A DNA stretch of 64,000 nucleotides, taken from a virus. Its lineage: Duplodnaviria; Caudoviricetes. Positions 8,521 to 16,292 of the stretch are shown here, piece by piece; position 1 is the first letter of the stretch, and every line of letters starts with the position of its first letter. Under the pieces are notes generated by a model. It saw only the letters and a list, made by a program, of their open reading frames with translations. It had not been told where the DNA came from and searched no databases. The stretch lies in IMG/VR virus record IMGVR_UViG_3300027759_000043; one strand, 5' to 3'. The translations under genes and the position numbers were made by a program.

Positions 8521-9072
8521 ATGACTACATTAATGGAACGTGTCGGTGGGTTCACGCAAACAAAACTCACACCGGTCAAGCGTGGCGGCGCTAGTTATGA
8601 TGCAACATATCGATGGGCTGTAACTAAAATTACTGATGCTGTTGCAAAATACAAAGCACACACTGTTGAAGATCAATATGCACGATTGCTTCGCGACGAC
8701 ATAGAGTTTGCTTTGCGTCGATATCAAAACTATGCAATTAAAGAAAACATTGGCGCTCACTATTTTGAAAAAGGTCTACGGTCTGGTGTCAAAACAGAGT
8801 TTGAGCATGTGATTCCGGCCAGGGTGGCTCGTGACTTGTTGTTGCGTGACCGTCTCACAATTGGAGAAGCACTTGATATCCCAACTTGTCGCTTGAGTGC
8901 CACAAAACACAAGAAGTTGAACTCAACCAAGTTGGGTTCAACTACACCGGACATTTATTGGTTTTGGCAACGCTATCAATCCTTGGGTATTAAACTTGAA
9001 ACATATGATGGCACCCCAGTTGACATGGCCACATGGAATCTAGACAGTCATTACACGTATTTCAAAGTGTAA
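8521..9072 (+). CDS. Putative HNH/DUF1524-like protein
   Basis: EFEHVIP motif; starts 1 nt after the ParB-like gene. Confidence 0.5.
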   Translation: MTTLMERVGGFTQTKLTPVKRGGASYDATYRWAVTKITDAVAKYKAHTVEDQYARLLRDDIEFALRRYQNYAIKENIGAHYFEKGLRSGVKTEFEHVIPARVARDLLLRDRLTIGEALDIPTCRLSATKHKKLNSTKLGSTTPDIYWFWQRYQSLGIKLETYDGTPVDMATWNLDSHYTYFKV

Positions 9073-9086
9073 TACTCAAGTACTAC
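9069..9086. promoter_or_regulatory. Palindromic operator-like motif
   Basis: GTAATACT-CA-AGTACTAC, 11 nt upstream of the -35 box. Confidence 0.6.
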
Positions 9087-9097
9087 CATATTTTTGG

Positions 9098-9126
9098 TTG
9101 ACCAATAATTGCCCATTTGCTATAAT
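9098..9126 (+). promoter_or_regulatory. Sigma70-type early promoter (copy 1)
   Basis: TTGACC-17-TATAAT; identical to 9813-9841. Confidence 0.9.
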
Positions 9127-9156
9127 ATACGCATAGACAGCAAAAAGGAGCCCAGT

Positions 9157-9387
9157 ATGGGATACAAGGTAATTGCAGATCGTTTTGAAACAGACATGAT
9201 GCGCCAAAAATATGGCCCCCGCAAAGGGCTTGAAGGTCCGTTCATGTATGCGTCGGGTCGTGTGCTCTACTATGATCCTCGAGAGGGCCGGTACTGGGAT
9301 CCACGTACTGACTTTTATGTTAGTAACGAAGAAATGGATGCTGAACACGGCATTCTTGTGCAACGTCTTGTAGATTTTCAAAGGTAA
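9157..9387 (+). CDS. Conserved hypothetical phage protein
   Basis: AAGGAG RBS before ATG 9157; GRVLYYDPREGRYWDPRTDFY. Confidence 0.8.
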   Translation: MGYKVIADRFETDMMRQKYGPRKGLEGPFMYASGRVLYYDPREGRYWDPRTDFYVSNEEMDAEHGILVQRLVDFQR

Positions 9388-9391
9388 TATT

Positions 9392-9808
9392 TTGCTTTAT
9401 TTTGCTTATGGTATGAACACAAATCGGACAGGCATGTCTCAGCGATGCCCCGGCGCCCTTAGCCTTGGCCATGCTCGCTTGATTGACAGGTGCTTTAGAT
9501 TTGCCAATCACGCAGATGTGATCAAATGCAAGGGCGCCTACGTGGATGGCGTGCTATGGGCTATTGACGATTTTCACTTGAAAAGTCTAGACAGTTTAGA
9601 GGGTTATCCTTTTTACTACAATCGCAGAGCCTTGCGTGTGGCACATGAAGATCGTGTTGTGATGGCAGAAACTTATTTTATGCAACCCGGCAATTTGGAT
9701 GCTTGGCCCAGTCAGCACTATTTTGACATGGTGGTTGAAGGCTATCGGGAACACAATGTGCCCACAGAACAACTGTTTAATAGTGTGTACGAAAGTACTA
9801 CATTTTAA
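9392..9808 (+). CDS. Gamma-glutamylcyclotransferase (GGCT/AIG2-like)
   Basis: LYFAYGMN, VDGVLW, LDSLEGYP motifs. Confidence 0.85.
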   Translation: MLYFAYGMNTNRTGMSQRCPGALSLGHARLIDRCFRFANHADVIKCKGAYVDGVLWAIDDFHLKSLDSLEGYPFYYNRRALRVAHEDRVVMAETYFMQPGNLDAWPSQHYFDMVVEGYREHNVPTEQLFNSVYESTTF

Positions 9809-9812
9809 AAGG

Positions 9813-9841
9813 TTGACCAATAATTGCCCATTTGCTATAAT
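9813..9841 (+). promoter_or_regulatory. Sigma70-type early promoter (copy 2)
   Basis: TTGACC-17-TATAAT; exact duplicate of 9098-9126. Confidence 0.9.
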
Positions 9842-9873
9842 ATGGACATAGAGTAACAAAACAGGAGCCCCAA

Positions 9874-10185
9874 ATGGAAAAACTTAGCACTATTCAGCAA
9901 ATCAATTCTGCTATCATGTTTGGCACGTGGACTGACGTAGAACTTCGTAGCATGGCCGATGCTATCCGTTTCAATCAGATCAGCCTTCGCAAGCAGGTCA
10001 AACGTAATCTGGACGTGGGCGTTCGAGTGCGTTGGGTTAGTTCCAAGAACCCCGCAGGTGCTACAGGCAAGGTAACTAAGATTGCTATTAAATATGTCAC
10101 AGTCCGCAGTGATCGAGACGGTGGTTTGTGGAAGATCCCTGCTAACATGCTAGAGATCATTGAAGGTCAAATGGCGACAGTATGA
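9874..10185 (+). CDS. Hypothetical protein (SH3/KOW-like C-terminus possible)
   Basis: AGGAG RBS; LDVGVRVRW...GKVTKIAIKYVTV...WKIPANMLE. Confidence 0.75.
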   Translation: MEKLSTIQQINSAIMFGTWTDVELRSMADAIRFNQISLRKQVKRNLDVGVRVRWVSSKNPAGATGKVTKIAIKYVTVRSDRDGGLWKIPANMLEIIEGQMATV

Positions 10186-10242
10186 GTACCGCAACGGTTG
10201 TGATCATAATTTTATTAATCGAAACAATTAGGAATATTTAAT

Positions 10243-11028
10243 ATGCCAGGATTTGTAGACGTAACAAATATGACAGCAAGAGAAGTTCGCATGATGGATC
10301 ACGCGGCCGACTATGATGAGCCTGCTGGTTATCAGCCACGTCGTCAATGGAAGTCTCGTGCCAAGCCCGAGGGTGTGAAACATTCTGTGGACAATGTATG
10401 GGCGGCGGCAGTGGCGGCACAACGTATCAATGGCTCTTATATTAAAGAGACTGTGTACAAGGTTGACCCAGAAATGTCTAGTAATACTGTGATTGATAAA
10501 CGTCGCAACCGCGATATCATGGTGGACATCCTTGCTAACCCTGCTGTACTTACTGTGGAAGATATTGCACAGGGTCAGGAGTGCCGCAAGTTCTTGCAAA
10601 ACGACATTACCTTCCGTGCTCTCAAAAACAAACTCACAGAGTTCGATGGCTCTGTCAGTAAAGTGCTGGCAGTTGAAGATGACTTTGATACAGTCAAACA
10701 CAAATTGGAATTGGCTGTGGTTGCGTGTCTGCCACAAAGTCATACTCGTACACTAGAGCGTCAAGCAGTTCAAGATCGTGTGCGCCAAACATCCGGCGAC
10801 CATGTGGGCCAGCCCGGCGACAAGGTTCAACTGGACGTGGAGATCATCAAGTCAAACTACAGTCAGCAATGGAACACTTGGTACGCCACTGCTATTACTC
10901 CAGACAATCATGCTGTGTTTTTTGCATACCGCCAAGAACTGGCCAAGGGTGCAAAACACACTATCCAAGGAACCGTCAAGGCTCACAGAGACGGCTCCAC
11001 TCAACTCAACCGTGTGAGCATTATCTAA
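10243..11028 (+). CDS. Phage protein with C-terminal OB-fold-like domain
   Basis: HVGQPGDKVQLDVEI...IQGTVKAH...TQLNRV. Confidence 0.7.
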   Translation: MPGFVDVTNMTAREVRMMDHAADYDEPAGYQPRRQWKSRAKPEGVKHSVDNVWAAAVAAQRINGSYIKETVYKVDPEMSSNTVIDKRRNRDIMVDILANPAVLTVEDIAQGQECRKFLQNDITFRALKNKLTEFDGSVSKVLAVEDDFDTVKHKLELAVVACLPQSHTRTLERQAVQDRVRQTSGDHVGQPGDKVQLDVEIIKSNYSQQWNTWYATAITPDNHAVFFAYRQELAKGAKHTIQGTVKAHRDGSTQLNRVSII

Positions 11029-11037
11029 GGACGCATC

Positions 11038-11166
11038 ATGAGCAAACTCATAATTGGATTCATTTTAGGTCTAGTAGTCAGTGCCGTTGGCTTTTCGGGT
11101 ATTGCTCGAATGTTTGACAAGGGTGTACAGACTATCCAAACACAAAGCAAGGAACTAGCACAATGA
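11038..11166 (+). CDS. Small membrane/secreted peptide (42 aa)
   Basis: Read by hand: MSKLIIGFILGLVVSAVGFSGIARMFDKGVQTIQTQSKELAQ*; AAGGA RBS. Confidence 0.7.
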   Translation: MSKLIIGFILGLVVSAVGFSGIARMFDKGVQTIQTQSKELAQ

Positions 11167-11357
11167 CCGAAACAAAAACACCAAACCGTTTTGATCTGGA
11201 ACAACAAATTTTAGATTGCTGGAAAATAACAGACGATCTACGATTGGTTGCTGAGAAAGGCGAACAAGCAGTTGAAGCAGTGGCCGTCTTGTATGAACAC
11301 AAGTTTGAACAACTGTGGGAAACTTTTGAATCCATGGTCCACGAAAGAAAAATGTGA
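11163..11357 (+). CDS. Small hypothetical protein
   Basis: ATGA coupling; RFDLEQQILDCWKITDDL. Confidence 0.75.
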   Translation: MTETKTPNRFDLEQQILDCWKITDDLRLVAEKGEQAVEAVAVLYEHKFEQLWETFESMVHERKM

Positions 11358-11536
11358 GTGACATACAAAAACGCATGGCCGAACTCATGGCACCTGTAGA
11401 TCAACAGATCATGATGTGCGATGATGGCCATGAGTTGTTGATGATGGCTTGCGCCATGTTACAACGCACCAGAGAACTATTTGACCAAACTCTGGGCGAA
11501 CAAGGTCGGAAAGAAATGTTTAAGGACTTAATATGA
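11354..11536 (+). CDS. Small hypothetical protein
   Basis: GTGA coupling. Confidence 0.7.
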   Translation: MSDIQKRMAELMAPVDQQIMMCDDGHELLMMACAMLQRTRELFDQTLGEQGRKEMFKDLI

Positions 11537-11727
11537 AATTCTATGCATGGTTTGTAAAACACCAAGATGTCATATCTGGCTTTGTGTCAGGTATTGCATT
11601 GATGACTGCCGCAGATTACTTCGCAAAAGGTGATATGACGTATGGTTGTTTGAGCCTGTTTGTTTCGGTGGCAAACCTGTTGCTATCAGGCAAAAAAATC
11701 GGCCAACCACTTGAGCCAAAATCTTAA
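11533..11727 (+). CDS. Small two-TM membrane protein
   Basis: Two hydrophobic segments; AAGGA RBS. Confidence 0.65.
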   Translation: MKFYAWFVKHQDVISGFVSGIALMTAADYFAKGDMTYGCLSLFVSVANLLLSGKKIGQPLEPKS

Positions 11728-11765
11728 TTTTGGTAAAACTCCCCAATCTTTTGTGGCAGAATTGG

Positions 11766-11794
11766 TTGACTAAAAACATCCATTCTGTTACAAT
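11766..11794 (+). promoter_or_regulatory. Sigma70-type early promoter
   Basis: TTGACT-17-TACAAT with a TG extension. Confidence 0.8.
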
Positions 11795-11855
11795 TAGATA
11801 TGTTGTTAACAGCAACATTTTTTTGAAACTTAAAGCACTTTGAAAGGCATTTAAA

Positions 11856-12191
11856 ATGGCATCGGAAAAACTTTTTACAGTGGCGGGCACTGCAACAAAC
11901 CCGGATGGTACTACCAAGGCTCGTTTTGCAAACGACTTGGTTGCTCGTGTGAAAATCTTGAGCAAGAACAACTGTACCAATATCAACTTGGTTGAGTTGC
12001 CCCAGGCAATGAGCAAGTTGGAAGCCTTGCAGTATTTGCAAGAGCAAGGTATCACTTCAGGTGATGCAGGCTTTGCAGTGGCCAACAAGTTGGCCGAAAA
12101 GACCAAGGTCGCCAAGAAGGGCGAGATCATGGTAAAGGCCACCAAGGCCACAGTGTCTACTAAATCAGTAGACGCAAAAGTCACTGCCTAA
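11856..12191 (+). CDS. Conserved hypothetical, probably highly expressed
   Basis: Has its own promoter and terminator, strong codon bias, and a Lys/Ala-rich tail. Confidence 0.85.
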   Translation: MASEKLFTVAGTATNPDGTTKARFANDLVARVKILSKNNCTNINLVELPQAMSKLEALQYLQEQGITSGDAGFAVANKLAEKTKVAKKGEIMVKATKATVSTKSVDAKVTA

Positions 12192-12210
12192 GCGGATGAC
12201 TTTCCAAAGC

Positions 12211-12236
12211 AACGGCCCTAGAGGCCGTTTCTTTTT
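12211..12236 (+). terminator. Rho-independent terminator
   Basis: AACGGCC-CTAGA-GGCCGTT followed by TCTTTTT. Confidence 0.8.
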
Positions 12237-12296
12237 GACCAAAAATATTGTTTTGGTGTAAATAATAATGAGGTCCACTAACTGCGACCCTACTTA

Positions 12297-12542
12297 ATGG
12301 CAAAACATAATCGGAACGAGGGCGAGGCTCTCTATATCATAGTACTCCACGAGTCACAAGCCGAACAGAGATTACGAGATTGGCAAAAACGAAACCCTAC
12401 TGCATCAGCATCCATTGCCGGTGGCCGTATGCGATTGTTTGACCAACGTAGTCTCAGTCTGTTTCAAATCAGTTGGCGTGGTAACTGGGATCAAATAACT
12501 ATCTGGGATACATGGCAACGTCGCCATATTTCAATAGAATAA
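12297..12542 (+). CDS. Hypothetical protein
   Basis: 81-aa ORF; TAAATA at 12259 upstream. Confidence 0.65.
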   Translation: MAKHNRNEGEALYIIVLHESQAEQRLRDWQKRNPTASASIAGGRMRLFDQRSLSLFQISWRGNWDQITIWDTWQRRHISIE

Positions 12543-12544
12543 TC

Positions 12545-12573
12545 TTGACATACCGCGTGTAGGCGTATATAAT
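12545..12573 (+). promoter_or_regulatory. Sigma70-type promoter, leaderless transcript
   Basis: TTGACA-17-TATAAT with ATG 7 nt downstream. Confidence 0.85.
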
Positions 12574-12579
12574 AGCACT

Positions 12580-12810
12580 ATGTCTACTACACCAATTGTT
12601 GTTACTTGGCACCAGGCCTTGCTGTCTGCGGGCAGTGCCGAATCGGACTCAGTTTGGCAACAGGATCAACTGTTGACGGAATGGATAGGCAACCGCTCAG
12701 TTCGTGTGATTGAACTAAACAATCATGCGTATGAATCAATTGCCAACATAGAAGATCTACCCCCAGTAGATATTGTCATAATCAAGGAGAAATCAAATGA
12801 CCAATCATGA
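12580..12810 (+). CDS. Hypothetical protein
   Basis: ATG at the predicted TSS. Confidence 0.65.
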   Translation: MSTTPIVVTWHQALLSAGSAESDSVWQQDQLLTEWIGNRSVRVIELNNHAYESIANIEDLPPVDIVIIKEKSNDQS

Positions 12811-12982
12811 ACAAATCGTAGCCGCCTACGAAACTTACCTCGCCGAAAACGAGAAATTCACCTCCAAAGGTGTCAAGGCTGCGGCTGCTCGTGCCCGCAA
12901 AGCACTACAAGAAATGACCAAAGGCATCAAAGAACGCCGTAAAGAAATCACAGCAGAAAAAGAAGCCCTAGCCGCCAAGTAA
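12797..12982 (+). CDS. Histone H1-like Hc1-family protein
   Basis: ENEKFTSKGVKAAAARARKALQEM...RRKEI; AAGGAG RBS. Confidence 0.75.
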   Translation: MTNHEQIVAAYETYLAENEKFTSKGVKAAAARARKALQEMTKGIKERRKEITAEKEALAAK

Positions 12983-13173
12983 TGACAACAGCACAAGTGG
13001 TTGAAGATCCAGACCATCCCGGAGAGTTACTCTTGGATCTGGGTCTTGAATTGTGTGCCCAACTTGGTTGGCAAGTGGGCGACACAATTGAATGGATAGA
13101 TCAAAAGGACGGCACATGGCTAATGACCAAATCAGTCTCGACGAATACATTGCCCAACTCAACACAAGAGTAG
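12982..13173 (+). CDS. AbrB/MazE/SpoVT-like DNA-binding protein
   Basis: GELLLDLGLELCAQLGWQVGDTIEW pattern. Confidence 0.65.
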   Translation: MTTAQVVEDPDHPGELLLDLGLELCAQLGWQVGDTIEWIDQKDGTWLMTKSVSTNTLPNSTQE

Positions 13174-13625
13174 AAGACTTTAAAGTATCTTCTCCAATTA
13201 ATTTTGGGCAAATGGGTCTTACACCCATTGAGCCTTTGACCTACAGTAGTGGCACCAGCGACCCCTACTACGGTGCTGTGCCTAATGTAAATGTTGGCAG
13301 TGGTATTAATGTCAGCAGTCCTGTTTGGACTACCAATACCACTGCTGGCCAGTATAGTTTTTCTGGACAAAACATACAGCCTGGCGGCAAAGTCGTTATC
13401 CAAGGTGAGAACGCTGATCTTGTGATAGGCGACAAAAGTATGAAAGCCTGGATGGAGCGGGTTGAAGAACGTCTCAACATCCTAACACCCAATCCTGAAA
13501 TGGAGAAGGAATGGGATCAATTGCGTAAGTTAGGTGCGAGATATCGTAAGTTAGAGAAAAAATGCAAGGAAAAATCAGACATGTGGAACAAACTAAAGGC
13601 TATGCCTAAACCGGAGATCAAATGA
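13116..13625 (+). CDS. Hypothetical protein with coiled-coil C-terminus
   Basis: AAGGA RBS before ATG 13116. Confidence 0.7.
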   Translation: MANDQISLDEYIAQLNTRVEDFKVSSPINFGQMGLTPIEPLTYSSGTSDPYYGAVPNVNVGSGINVSSPVWTTNTTAGQYSFSGQNIQPGGKVVIQGENADLVIGDKSMKAWMERVEERLNILTPNPEMEKEWDQLRKLGARYRKLEKKCKEKSDMWNKLKAMPKPEIK

Positions 13626-14395
13626 CGCCCCGACAAAGAATCAAACACATTACCAAATGGATCAAGACCTATGCCAAGAGTGCCAAAATCAACACTTTGG
13701 TAGTGGGAATTTCAGGAGGCATCGACTCCAGTGTGGTATCCACGCTGTGTGCTGAAACAGGACTCAAGACCATTGTAGTCCAAATGCCCATCCGTCAGAA
13801 TCGAAAACTAGATAATCGCAGTAGTATGCAGGCCGACTGGTTGCTGGAACGCTACAAAAACGTCACCTATGTGAGCATGGATCTAACCCCAGTGTTCACA
13901 GCATTTGAAAAGAAACTTGAGCCCATTTGTCGGGACAGCACGGATATAACTTTGGCATTTGCCAACTCACGTGCTAGATTGCGCATGATGACCCTGTATC
14001 AAATTGCTCAAAGTTATGGTGGTATTGTTGTGGGCACAGGCAACCGGGTAGAAGACTTTGGTGTGGGATTTTTTACCAAATACGGTGACGGTGGTGTAGA
14101 TATTTCGCCCATTGGCGATTGCATGAAAACTGCTGTGTGGAGCATGGGTCGTGAGTTTGGCTTACCCCAAGAAATTATTGACGCAGAACCTACTGACGGA
14201 CTCTGGGACGATGGACGCACCGACGAGGGACAACTAGGCATGACTTACACAGAACTAGAAACCATGATGCAATTGGACGAGGCTGGGTTTGAGCCTGCGC
14301 CCAAAGATCGAGGCAAAATGAAACAGTATCGAGCAATTCGTGCTAGAAATCTGCACAAGATGGAACCAATTCCTGTGTGCAAAATCACTGAGTAA
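13622..14395 (+). CDS. nadE: NH3-dependent NAD+ synthetase
   Basis: VVGISGGIDSS, NSRARLRM, GTGNRVE, FFTKYGDGGVD, PTDGLW motifs. Confidence 0.93.
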   Translation: MTPRQRIKHITKWIKTYAKSAKINTLVVGISGGIDSSVVSTLCAETGLKTIVVQMPIRQNRKLDNRSSMQADWLLERYKNVTYVSMDLTPVFTAFEKKLEPICRDSTDITLAFANSRARLRMMTLYQIAQSYGGIVVGTGNRVEDFGVGFFTKYGDGGVDISPIGDCMKTAVWSMGREFGLPQEIIDAEPTDGLWDDGRTDEGQLGMTYTELETMMQLDEAGFEPAPKDRGKMKQYRAIRARNLHKMEPIPVCKITE

Positions 14396-14477
14396 ACTAC
14401 GCCGTTTACCTCAAAACGGCACCATTTCGACCCGGTCTTGGCCTGGTTCTGCAATCAATTGAGTAAGTAAAACTACC

Positions 14478-15053
14478 ATGAAAGCACAAGTAAATCACAT
14501 CAGCGATCAACTCGCAACATGGAGTCTACGAGCCTTCCGAGTCACAGGACTTTGGATTGTGGCTTTAGCAGTAATTACTGTTAGTAACCACAAACTCAAT
14601 CAACTCCGTTCGGGCATTGAATCAATGCCTGCTGGTTACGTTTCGGCCACAGAAAAAATCCGTCAACTAGATTGTCTTACACGTAACATCTACTGGGAAG
14701 CCGCAAGTGAGCCTTTCGAAGGCAAAGTTGCTGTGGCCCAAGTCACAATGAACAGACTGGCATCCGGACGCTTTGGCGATAGTGTCTGCGGAGTAATCTA
14801 TCAAAAAAACGTATTCTACGAACGAGTAATCTGCCAGTTCTCGTGGGTATGCGAAAGCACACATAAAACTCGGCCAGTGTATCAACCCTTGTGGGCAGAA
14901 TCAGAATTAGTGGCTAAAAAAGTTCTACTGGAAAACTTTAGACTTCCTGGCTTAAAAGGCGCACTTTATTATCACGCAGATTATGTTAGCCCGGGTTGGC
15001 AAAAGCCCCGAATTGATAAAATTGGTCGTCACATCTTTTACGGAGAACGTTAA
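14478..15053 (+). CDS. Cell wall hydrolase (Hydrolase_2/SleB-like)
   Basis: CLTRNIYWEAASEP...AVAQVTMNR...CQFSW...ALYYHADYV...IGRHIFY; N-terminal TM. Confidence 0.9.
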   Translation: MKAQVNHISDQLATWSLRAFRVTGLWIVALAVITVSNHKLNQLRSGIESMPAGYVSATEKIRQLDCLTRNIYWEAASEPFEGKVAVAQVTMNRLASGRFGDSVCGVIYQKNVFYERVICQFSWVCESTHKTRPVYQPLWAESELVAKKVLLENFRLPGLKGALYYHADYVSPGWQKPRIDKIGRHIFYGER

Positions 15054-15367
15054 TGCCCTTCAATTTCCCTGTTGCAATTGTTGCCCTTCGTGACTACATT
15101 ACCAATAGCCTGGCACGACTTAGTGCAGACACACTGGGTTGGCTTGCCGCTATTGTATTGCATTGTGCAACCCTGCCCAGTTTTCTAGCATTGATGACCG
15201 GGCTATCAGATAAAACTCCAAGTTTAGACATCATCTTGTTCCTCTGGAGCGGCCTGGTTCTGCTGTTCATGCGAGCAGTGGTCTTGAAAGACATGCTGAA
15301 CATCATCACCATTGGGTTTGGATTTATACTACAAGCCGGATTCATGGCCTTGATATTATTCAAATGA
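15053..15367 (+). CDS. Three-TM membrane protein
   Basis: Three hydrophobic helices; TAATG coupling. Confidence 0.75.
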   Translation: MPFNFPVAIVALRDYITNSLARLSADTLGWLAAIVLHCATLPSFLALMTGLSDKTPSLDIILFLWSGLVLLFMRAVVLKDMLNIITIGFGFILQAGFMALILFK

Positions 15368-15861
15368 CCCCGCAAGAGATTGAACAAAAGTTAACTGACT
15401 GGATGGTTAACTTTGTTGAAAAGCCTCACCCTGGACTGGGTAACTGGTCACCATGCCCTTATGCCAGGCAGGCCAGACTCGCCAATCGGATTGAAATTGT
15501 ACACTCTGATCATCAAAGATTAATCACCACAGTCGAACAGGTGCTACCACTACTGGAAGAAAAAGAAGTTGTGGTGATTTATTTTGATCATACTAAAATT
15601 TCTGCTCAGGACTTGGAAAAACTAATTAAAGTATACAACCAGCAGGTGCTGATGGCAAGGAACTATGTGATCCTTGAGGACCATCCAGATGCTGTAGAAT
15701 TGGTTAATGGCGTTCACATGAACTTTGGGCATTGTGGATTATTGGTAATTCAAAAATTAAATAAACTAACAACAGCAAGTGAACAACTCAAATCAAAAGG
15801 TTACTATGACACATGGAATCAGTCTGAATTGGATCAAGTGGTAACATGGCGAAGTCAATAA
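15364..15861 (+). CDS. DUF1415-like protein
   Basis: WMVNFVEKPHPGLGNWSPCPYA resembles the DUF1415 LCPFA motif; LEDHP. Confidence 0.5.
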   Translation: MTPQEIEQKLTDWMVNFVEKPHPGLGNWSPCPYARQARLANRIEIVHSDHQRLITTVEQVLPLLEEKEVVVIYFDHTKISAQDLEKLIKVYNQQVLMARNYVILEDHPDAVELVNGVHMNFGHCGLLVIQKLNKLTTASEQLKSKGYYDTWNQSELDQVVTWRSQ

Positions 15862-16292
15862 AATTCTGCAGAATTGATTTATCAAAAACCAATTACGCAC
15901 TTTATCCCGGTGCCGAACGATTCTCCTGGTCCAGTGGCCTAGAGCCTTATGAACAAATCTATCGGGACTACTGTGCCCATAAACAGTTTGCGAGTGTGAT
16001 GCCTTTATTCTTGCAACAGTTTCAGGACTCGCACAACGACACACATGTGTATCGAAACGGCACAGACATTGTGGCCTGGAGTCTATGCCGGCGGTGGGAT
16101 CAGCGCAATGCAGAAAGTCTTCAGTTTGCCTGGAACTATCATGAACCTGAACTAGAACTGGGCCGACGTAGTCTTGAACACGAGTGCGCATACTACAAAC
16201 AACTGGGCTATGAGTATCTATATCTAGGACAGGAGGCCGAATACAAAACTAGATTTGACGGCTACGAACAATTGGGTAAGTTAAATGTATAA
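15846..16292 (+). CDS. Arginyl-tRNA-protein transferase C-terminal (ATE_C)-like GNAT
   Basis: LELGRRSLEHECAYYKQLGYEYLYLG...YK resembles ATE1/Bpt SLG...YVYLGY. Confidence 0.65.
   Translation: MAKSIKFCRIDLSKTNYALYPGAERFSWSSGLEPYEQIYRDYCAHKQFASVMPLFLQQFQDSHNDTHVYRNGTDIVAWSLCRRWDQRNAESLQFAWNYHEPELELGRRSLEHECAYYKQLGYEYLYLGQEAEYKTRFDGYEQLGKLNV

Noticed and set aside
7482-8579. Several 86-166 aa minus-strand and alternate-frame ORFs
   Set aside because: They lie wholly inside the 397-aa ParB-like gene and have no RBS or motifs.
10182-10241. 19-aa hydrophobic micro-ORF MSTATVVIIILLIETIRNI
   Set aside because: It overlaps the upstream stop (ATGA) but is too short to support. It may simply be the RBS region of the 10243 gene.
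11570-12184. 204-aa minus-strand ORF (and 11724-12047)
   Set aside because: It is the antisense shadow of the strongly codon-biased 11856 gene, which has its own promoter and terminator.
14401-14420. Hairpin GCCGTTT-ACCTCA-AAACGGC after nadE as a terminator
   Set aside because: There is no following U-tract on the + strand, so its role is unclear.
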